Shown here: positions 58,298-64,000 of the stretch, in pieces
Numbering within the stretch: position 1 is the stretch's first letter
How the letters are laid out: every line of letters begins with the position of its first letter
NCBI GenBank assembly: GCA_014801485.1
Contig: JAAVEC010000019.1
Coordinates: 2,176 to 66,175 of the forward strand
DNA length: 64,000 nt
Source of the DNA: Bacteroides sp.
Lineage (GTDB): Bacteria > Bacteroidota > Bacteroidia > Bacteroidales > Muribaculaceae
Direction: 5' to 3'
The notes under the pieces: generated by a model
Database searches by the model: none
Told to the model about the DNA's origin: nothing
Seen by the model: the letters and a program-made list of their open reading frames with translations, nothing else
Made by a program: the position numbers and the translations under genes

Positions 58298-59269
58298 TCA
58301 GAAAGGCTTGCGGTATTTATCGTCGGCAGAATCGTCGAGGATGCTCAGGTACGATGCGTAGCGCGATTGGGCGATGCGACCTTCTTCTATGGCGGCTCGC
58401 ACGGCGCAGCCGGGCTCGTGCACGTGGGTGCAGTTGCCGAAGCGGCAGTCGCGGCCGATGGCAAACATTTCGGGGAAGTAATGGCTCACGTCGGCCTTGT
58501 CGAAGTCGACCGTGCCGAAGCCGCGCACTCCCGGGGTGTCGATTATGCACCCCTCGGGGTCGCCCGGCAGATGAAAGAGCTCCGAGAAGGTGGTGGTGTG
58601 CATTCCCTGGTCGTGCACGGCCGAAATTTCGGCCGTGCGCTGCTCGATACCGGGGATGAGATCGTTCACGAGCGTGCTTTTCCCCACGCCAGAGTTACCG
58701 CTGAAGAGGCTCACCTTGCCGCGCAGCAGCTCGCGCAACTCGTCCAGGCCCTCGCCGGTGCGCGCCGATACGCACACCACGTCGTAGCCGATGCTTCGGT
58801 AGAGATACACCACGGCCTGGAGCAGCTCACGGTCTTCGGGCTCCGTGAGCAGGTCGGTCTTGTTGATGCAGAGCACCGCGTGCACGCGGTAGGCCTCGGC
58901 CGTGGCCAGGAAGCGGTCTATGAAGTTGGTGCTGGTGGTGGGGTGGGCCAGTGAGGCCACGAGCACGGCCTGATCTACGTTGGCAGCTATGATGTGGCTC
59001 TGCTTGCTCAGATTGATGGAGCGCCGCACGATATAGTTGCGGCGGTCGAGCACATCTATAATATAAGCAGTGCCGTCGGGCCCGGGCGCCCCCACGCTCA
59101 CCATGTCGCCCACGGCCACAGGATTGGTGGTGCGCAGGCCTTTGATGCGGAAGTTGCCTTTCACCTTGCAGTTGATTTCGTGGCCGGGAGCGGTCTCCAC
59201 CACGTAGTGGGCGCCGGTGTTGCGCACCACGCGGCCGGTCAGGGGGTAAGTGTGCTGTGTGTCAGTCAT
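58298..59269 (-). CDS. rsgA: Ribosome small subunit-dependent GTPase A
   Basis: NKTD, GNSGVGKSTL, HTTT, DTPG and Zn finger CRFGNCTHVHEPGC. Confidence 0.96.
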   Translation of the reverse strand: MTDTQHTYPLTGRVVRNTGAHYVVETAPGHEINCKVKGNFRIKGLRTTNPVAVGDMVSVGAPGPDGTAYIIDVLDRRNYIVRRSINLSKQSHIIAANVDQAVLVASLAHPTTSTNFIDRFLATAEAYRVHAVLCINKTDLLTEPEDRELLQAVVYLYRSIGYDVVCVSARTGEGLDELRELLRGKVSLFSGNSGVGKSTLVNDLIPGIEQRTAEISAVHDQGMHTTTFSELFHLPGDPEGCIIDTPGVRGFGTVDFDKADVSHYFPEMFAIGRDCRFGNCTHVHEPGCAVRAAIEEGRIAQSRYASYLSILDDSADDKYRKPF

Positions 59270-59948
59270 GTTTGTGGTCGCATCCGTCCACCCAGTGACG
59301 GGTGGAGGTGCATTGATGGAGGGTTTTGTCTACTATCCAGTGGTGGGTGGCCATTTGGTCGATTGTGTTCATTTCGTGGCTCACGAGCAGAATCGTGGCC
59401 CTGTTGCGCAGCCCCTCAAGGATATCATAGAGCCTCGCCTCGAAGTGCTTGTCGAGATAGCTCAGGGGCTCGTCCATCACTATGAGCGACGGGCGCGACA
59501 CCAGGGCGCGGGCCAGAAGCGTGCGCTGCAGCTGCCCGCCGGAGAGGCGTCCTATGGGGCGCGAGGCGTAGGCGGCCATGTCTACGAGCTCAAGATACTC
59601 TTCCACCCGCGCTGCATCGCTGCACTTGCTGCCGGTCGACCGTCCCAGCAGGCCCGTGGCCACCACTTCACTCACGGTGATGGGAAAGTGGGAGTCCACG
59701 CTGTTTTTTTGCGGCAGATAGCCGATGGCAGGCGTGCATCCGCCGCAATAGTCCACGCTGCCGGAGGTGGGACGCAGCAGCCCCAGAACGATGCGCAGCA
59801 GCGTGGTCTTGCCGCCGCCGTTGGGGCCGGTGATGGCCACGAAATCGCCGTGGCGCACGGCTGCACTCACGTGGCGGAGCACCTCGCGGCCGTCGTAGGT
59901 CATGCCCACGTCGCGGAGCGTTATCAGATTATTGTCGTGAGATTTCAT
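59262..59948 (-). CDS. znuC: Metal (Zn) ABC transporter ATP-binding protein
   Basis: GPNGGGKTT, GYLPQK, LSGGQLQR and DEP; His/Cys-rich tail. Confidence 0.88.
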   Translation of the reverse strand: MKSHDNNLITLRDVGMTYDGREVLRHVSAAVRHGDFVAITGPNGGGKTTLLRIVLGLLRPTSGSVDYCGGCTPAIGYLPQKNSVDSHFPITVSEVVATGLLGRSTGSKCSDAARVEEYLELVDMAAYASRPIGRLSGGQLQRTLLARALVSRPSLIVMDEPLSYLDKHFEARLYDILEGLRNRATILLVSHEMNTIDQMATHHWIVDKTLHQCTSTRHWVDGCDHKHD

Positions 59949-60813
59949 CTGCTATATATAATACTTGGGCCGCAATATCTGAGGCCATGGGGTCTATCTC
60001 GGCCGTGCGCACTCCCGAGCCGCGCGTCACGCTCATGGCCTGTCGCGGGTCGAGGCCGCGCTGCACCAGAAACACCCGCGCACCGCTGGCTGCTGCCGTG
60101 TTGATAGCCTCGGCTATGCCCGAGGCCGAGAAGTCTTTGCCCTCGGCGCCCAGCGCCACTTGCTGCAGGCCGTAGTCGCGTGCAAAGTAGCTCAGCGATG
60201 GATGCCACAGCATGAAGGCCCTGGAAGGAGCCTCAGCCAGGCGCGCGGCCGCTGTGCTGTCGGCCGCCGCCAGCGAGCGGTCGAGCGAATCGAGGCGCGC
60301 GGCATAGAGTGGTGCGCCCTCGGGGTCGAGCTGCATCAGCTTTGCAGCCATGGCCCGCGCCATGGCCCGCGCGGAGCGGATCGAGGTCCACACGTGCGGG
60401 TCGGGCAACCCGTGGTCGTGACTGTGGCCCTCGTGATGCACGTGGCCGCAATGATCGTGGGTGCCGTAGACGGGTTCCACCACGTCGGCCATGCTCACTA
60501 CGGCATCGCCCCCGCGGCCCTGGGTCAGCTTCTGCTCGAATGGCAATCCGCCGGCCACGAAGAGCGCCTCGGCGTGATCCACGGCCATGCGGCTGCTCAT
60601 GGATGGCTCAAAACTCTCGGGGTCGCCCCCGCGGTCCATCACTGTGGTGATTTCAAAGCGGTCGGCGGCCAGAGGGGCGAGCAATCCGCGCAGGGGCTCG
60701 ATGCTCACGGCCAGGCGTCGCGCGCCTTCGGCATCGCTACGGCCGCTTGAACTGCAACCGGCCACCGCCACCAGGCACGCCGCAAATATTGTATTTCGGA
60801 TAATTCTTAACAT
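59929..60813 (-). CDS. znuA: Metal (Zn) ABC transporter substrate-binding lipoprotein
   Basis: Lipobox VAGC; DPESFEP, His-rich loop HDHCGHVHHEGHSHDHG, DPHVWTS and HPSLSYFARDYGL; start set to ATG 60813. Confidence 0.9.
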   Translation of the reverse strand: MLRIIRNTIFAACLVAVAGCSSSGRSDAEGARRLAVSIEPLRGLLAPLAADRFEITTVMDRGGDPESFEPSMSSRMAVDHAEALFVAGGLPFEQKLTQGRGGDAVVSMADVVEPVYGTHDHCGHVHHEGHSHDHGLPDPHVWTSIRSARAMARAMAAKLMQLDPEGAPLYAARLDSLDRSLAAADSTAAARLAEAPSRAFMLWHPSLSYFARDYGLQQVALGAEGKDFSASGIAEAINTAAASGARVFLVQRGLDPRQAMSVTRGSGVRTAEIDPMASDIAAQVLYIADEISRQ

Positions 60814-60888
60814 TGCCACAAATTTACAAATAAATTTTGGCTCAGCGCCGCAAATGCGCTATCTTTGCACCGTAAAATCCACAGATAA

Positions 60889-61854
60889 ATGAAACTGTCG
60901 AAAGAAACTTTCTGGCGCACGTCGCGCGACTATTTTTTCATTACGCTTGGCATGGCTATATATGCCTTTGGTTTCACGGCATTTATATTGCCCGAAAAAG
61001 TGGTAATAGGCGGCCTGGCCGGTCTCGGCACTATCATTTATTTCAAGACGGGTATACCGGTGGCCGTATCGCAGTATGTGATCAACCTCATCCTGCTGGC
61101 CGTGGCATATAAGGTTGTGGGCAAGCGCTTCGTGATCGGCACCATCTACGGAGCCACGATGATATCGGTGTGGGTGGGCCTGTTTCAGCCGCTTTTCGCC
61201 AGCGGATTCACCAACGAGCCCTTTATGAACATCGTGATTGGAGGCACGCTCTGCGGCCTGGGCATAGGCATGACATTCGTCCACAACGGCAGCAGCGGAG
61301 GCACGGATATCGTGGCGGCCATGGTGTCTAAGCATTCCAATGTGAGCATCGGCCGCATGATGCTATATACCGATGTGTGCATCATATCATCGAGCTATTT
61401 CCTCTTTCATCAGGTAGATAAGATAGTATATGGCTTCGTGGTGCTTTTCCTCGTGAGCAATATGGCCGACCTGGTGATCAACACCAACCGCCAGGCCGTG
61501 CAGTTCACGATCTTCTCGCGCCACTGGCGCGAGATAGCCACGGCAATCAATAACGACGCGCGCCGCGGATGCACCGTGCTCACAGGCATGGGATGGTACA
61601 GCAAGCAGGAAGTGAAAGTGCTTCTGGTGATGTGCCGCAAGATCGAATCCGTCACCATCTTCCGCATCGTCAAGAGCATCGACAAAGACGCCTTTATCAC
61701 CCAGGCCAACGTCAACGGCGTCTACGGCCAGGGCTTCGACGAGGTCAAGGTGAAGATGAAGCCCGAGCCCCACCGCGAATTTCCGCCCCGCACCCCCGCC
61801 CCCGGAGCCTCCGGCGAAGCCGCGCCCACCCCTGATCCGGGCTCCCTCGCGTGA
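60889..61854 (+). CDS. YitT-family membrane protein (DUF161/DUF2179)
   Basis: GGLAGLG, GSSGGTDIVA, RGCTVLTGMGWYS and IDKDAFI. Confidence 0.92.
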   Translation: MKLSKETFWRTSRDYFFITLGMAIYAFGFTAFILPEKVVIGGLAGLGTIIYFKTGIPVAVSQYVINLILLAVAYKVVGKRFVIGTIYGATMISVWVGLFQPLFASGFTNEPFMNIVIGGTLCGLGIGMTFVHNGSSGGTDIVAAMVSKHSNVSIGRMMLYTDVCIISSSYFLFHQVDKIVYGFVVLFLVSNMADLVINTNRQAVQFTIFSRHWREIATAINNDARRGCTVLTGMGWYSKQEVKVLLVMCRKIESVTIFRIVKSIDKDAFITQANVNGVYGQGFDEVKVKMKPEPHREFPPRTPAPGASGEAAPTPDPGSLA

Positions 61855-61859
61855 CATAA

Positions 61860-61900
61860 TTAAGGCTTTAAGGCCTTTAACGCCCTTAAGCTCTTAAAAA
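61860..61900. repeat. Degenerate 8-9 bp tandem repeat (TTAAGGC-like, about 5 units)
   Basis: ttaaggct ttaaggcct ttaacgccc ttaagctc ttaaaaa. Confidence 0.6.
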
Positions 61901-61911
61901 AACATATCATT

Positions 61912-61946
61912 AAAGAAGCAGCGCGGCCCCGTTCGGGGTCGCGCTG
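61912..61946 (-). terminator. Terminator hairpin, probably the native gdhA terminator
   Basis: Stem cagcgcggcccc / ggggtcgcgctg followed on the minus strand by cttcttt; about 20 nt past the gdhA-remnant stop. Confidence 0.75.
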
Positions 61947-61967
61947 TTTAGGGAATGGGGGAGGCGA

Positions 61968-62009
61968 TTAGCACACGCCCTGGCCCATCATGGCATCAGC
62001 CACCTTCCG
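61968..62009 (-). pseudogene. gdhA: Orphan 3' end of glutamate dehydrogenase; probable attachment-site repeat
   Basis: Minus strand reads (R)KVADAMMGQGVC*, the characteristic GdhA C-terminus, with no upstream gdhA sequence. Confidence 0.85.
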
Positions 62010-62011
62010 CC

Positions 62012-63187
62012 TTAATGATTTAATAATCTGCGTAGTTCAGAGATGTGTGCGTTGGAAATGCTGTGAGTAAGGCTGATTGATTTGCCTTTGTTGGATACAA
62101 TCAGGCGGTTGAAAGCAACGAGATCGGTGTAAACATCGCCTAAAATTATCCGCCATACCCTACGAAGCGATTCGGATGGTATAACAAACCGTACTTCAGG
62201 GTTGTTGTGAGTGATGAACCGAACTAATTGGCGCAGAAAATAATGCGACGGCAACATTCCGGCAGCAAGTGGCTCAACTCCGATGCTCGGGTAGGGGTTG
62301 GCGTTGATTACGGCAATCTTATTATAGAAATCCTGATTGGTAGCAATATCAAGTTTGAATGCTAAACGGCGAAATTCAGTCAGCCAGAAGCGATAAGTCG
62401 GAGAGTTATACAAATCCATATATGAAATATGTAGCTGTTGATCAACGCTATACGTTTGATCGTAAAATAAGTAATAGCTGAGTTCTATCCATTTGTCGAC
62501 GCAAATCTGCACACCTTCGGCACAACGTGGATCGCGGCGGAGCATAACGTTCTGGATGCGACTGATGAAGTCGTCGTATCTCGTTTCGTTACCCAGAACA
62601 ATTACTTTTGCCCGCGTTGGACCACCGTACCAAGGCTCGGGGTATATATATGATGGATAGCACCTCGTTTGTGTCGCTTGTGTAAGATTGAATTTTCTTA
62701 TAATCTCGCCGTCGCCCGGAAACATTATCCAGTGGCCGTTAGAGTACAATTCATAAGCTTGTTCTTCTTCTTCAAGAGCTGTTTTCCAGCCATTCATAGC
62801 ATCCAATTCGCTAAAACGAATAAACCTCGGATCCTTGGCGAGATATGCTTTGCTTCTGTCTCCGGCAGGAAGACGGAATACCCTCATGAGATCCTCTGAT
62901 AAAATCTCGATATCTGTCTCAACTGAATTATTGCGGTTTAGTATTAAGTATTTTGAATCATCAACGTTATTGACTCGTGCAAGCATTTGCCACAGAGCAC
63001 GCCGGATAGAAAAATCAGATACGTGTGCGTAATTCTTTCTTATATAAGATACGTCGTCCTTTATGTCATGGCCATGCCAGATGGCATAGCCGATATCAAG
63101 AAGTTTTCTTTCAAGCGGATAGGTCTTATATTCATCGCATCCGCTGTCGAAGTAGGTTCGTGGAGTCATATAGAGCCCGTCTACCAT
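62012..63187 (-). CDS. Hypothetical protein: unknown ~130-aa N-terminal domain plus a divergent uracil-DNA-glycosylase-superfamily-like domain
   Basis: 391-aa ORF 2 nt after the WYL stop; from Met131: MNGW…FPGD..IIRKFN…PEPWYG..AKVIVLGNE…FW…IAVINANPYPS…LPSHYF. Confidence 0.7.
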   Translation of the reverse strand: MVDGLYMTPRTYFDSGCDEYKTYPLERKLLDIGYAIWHGHDIKDDVSYIRKNYAHVSDFSIRRALWQMLARVNNVDDSKYLILNRNNSVETDIEILSEDLMRVFRLPAGDRSKAYLAKDPRFIRFSELDAMNGWKTALEEEEQAYELYSNGHWIMFPGDGEIIRKFNLTQATQTRCYPSYIYPEPWYGGPTRAKVIVLGNETRYDDFISRIQNVMLRRDPRCAEGVQICVDKWIELSYYLFYDQTYSVDQQLHISYMDLYNSPTYRFWLTEFRRLAFKLDIATNQDFYNKIAVINANPYPSIGVEPLAAGMLPSHYFLRQLVRFITHNNPEVRFVIPSESLRRVWRIILGDVYTDLVAFNRLIVSNKGKSISLTHSISNAHISELRRLLNH

Positions 63188-63189
63188 AT

Positions 63190-63999
63190 TTATTTGTTAT
63201 AAAGGTTTGACATTTCTGTTATTTTAGCAGAAATTTTATCGCGAAGCGACTGGGGCGCAAGTACTTCCACTTTCGCTCCATGCGACAATAATTCCATTAT
63301 GAAGTCGTAGGTGGGGCAGAGTCTGAGCCCGAATGTGATTGTTTTATCGTTCTGCTCGATTATCGTTTGCGAAGTATGTAACGGGCGTGAAATAAAATAA
63401 TTAGCCTGCTCACGCTCGACTTTCAGTTTGACATTTTCGACTTGAACAGAGTTTTCTCTGATAATTCCGTAGGCATCAGCAAACAAATCGTCAACGTCAA
63501 TCTGAGACGGTGAAATCTTTTCTCCCTTTTCAATGCTTATTATGCGATCAAGAGGAAAACTGTAGCTTGTTTTATTTTCCAATTCAGCTATCAGGTACCA
63601 GCGGCAACGGAACTGTTTGACTGCGATGGGCTTAACGGTATAACATGTTTCTCGCCTACGGTCGTAGTTATGCCGATAGCGCAGTTTGAGTCCGCGACCT
63701 TCGGCCAACGCATCAGTTATGGTAAAAAGCATCGACGAATCTTCTCCACTTTGCTCAGTACGTATGAATCTCCTCATCGACGGGTTGGCGTGAACGCGGT
63801 TGAAGAGCAATGCACCGTTAAGCAATTCCAATGTTGCTCTCGAATAATCAAGATTCGCCTCACTATCAATATAGTAAGTATTATTTCTGCGGTCGCATTC
63901 GATAGATATGTTGAACATCTCCTCCACTGCTTTTCGATGATTCTCGAAAGTCTTGTGGGGCAAAGGTTCTCCTGGCTTATTGATTCGGGTATGAGTCCA
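63190..63999 (-). CDS. WYL-domain transcriptional regulator (HTH-WYL-WCX), 5' truncated by the window edge
   Basis: Frame open to the window end (WTHTRINKPGEPLPHKTFENHRKAVEEMF); KPIAVKQFRCRWYLIA, FPLDRI, PLHTSQ and LLSHGAKVEVLAPQSLR. Confidence 0.95.
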   Translation of the reverse strand, partial: WTHTRINKPGEPLPHKTFENHRKAVEEMFNISIECDRRNNTYYIDSEANLDYSRATLELLNGALLFNRVHANPSMRRFIRTEQSGEDSSMLFTITDALAEGRGLKLRYRHNYDRRRETCYTVKPIAVKQFRCRWYLIAELENKTSYSFPLDRIISIEKGEKISPSQIDVDDLFADAYGIIRENSVQVENVKLKVEREQANYFISRPLHTSQTIIEQNDKTITFGLRLCPTYDFIMELLSHGAKVEVLAPQSLRDKISAKITEMSNLYNK

Positions 64000-64000
64000 A

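Larger units (their letters stand above)
62010..64000. mobile_element. Left end of an AT-rich genomic island, probably integrated at the gdhA 3' end; continues beyond the window
   Basis: Abrupt drop in GC and change in codon usage exactly at the gdhA remnant; cargo-type genes. No integrase is visible in the window. Confidence 0.75.

Noticed and set aside
61860-61900. Short tandem repeat as a possible CRISPR or iteron array
   Set aside because: Units are 8-9 bp, degenerate and without spacers; no cas or rep genes.

Overview
GC-rich Bacteroidales chromosome segment; gene content and TAnnTTTG promoters suggest Muribaculaceae. From left to right: (1) 1-19118 is a SusC/SusD pair followed by a 12-gene peptidoglycan/MurNAc scavenging operon. 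It encodes an amidase-like protein, GT2, DUF4922, a SpoIID-like protein, AmpG with a large inserted domain, NamZ, an FAD/Fe-S D-lactate dehydrogenase, an HGSNAT/MurT-family membrane protein, MurK, MurQ and an SGNH esterase. (2) A stand-alone ADP-ribosylglycohydrolase. (3) Housekeeping genes: rarA, TPR and PstS-like proteins, fmt, two DUF2807 genes, dusB, miaB, a CoA-transferase, pncB and a YtrA-type GntR/ABC operon. (4) 35516-48319 is a compact beta-glucan PUL (GH3, GH5, GH3, SusR-like, SusC, SusD). (5) An AT-rich YafQ toxin-antitoxin pair. (6) recQ, recJ, prmA, a YtxH/holin-like cluster with an unannotated 48-aa gene, degP, nlpC/P60, rsgA, znuCA and yitT. (7) From about 62010 to the window end is the left end of an AT-rich island. 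It abuts an orphan copy of the last 13 codons of gdhA (probable att site) and carries a WYL regulator coupled to a protein with a divergent uracil-DNA-glycosylase-superfamily-like domain, a candidate anti-phage module. No rRNA, tRNA or CRISPR array was recognised. Family calls come from motif recognition by eye, not from database searches.
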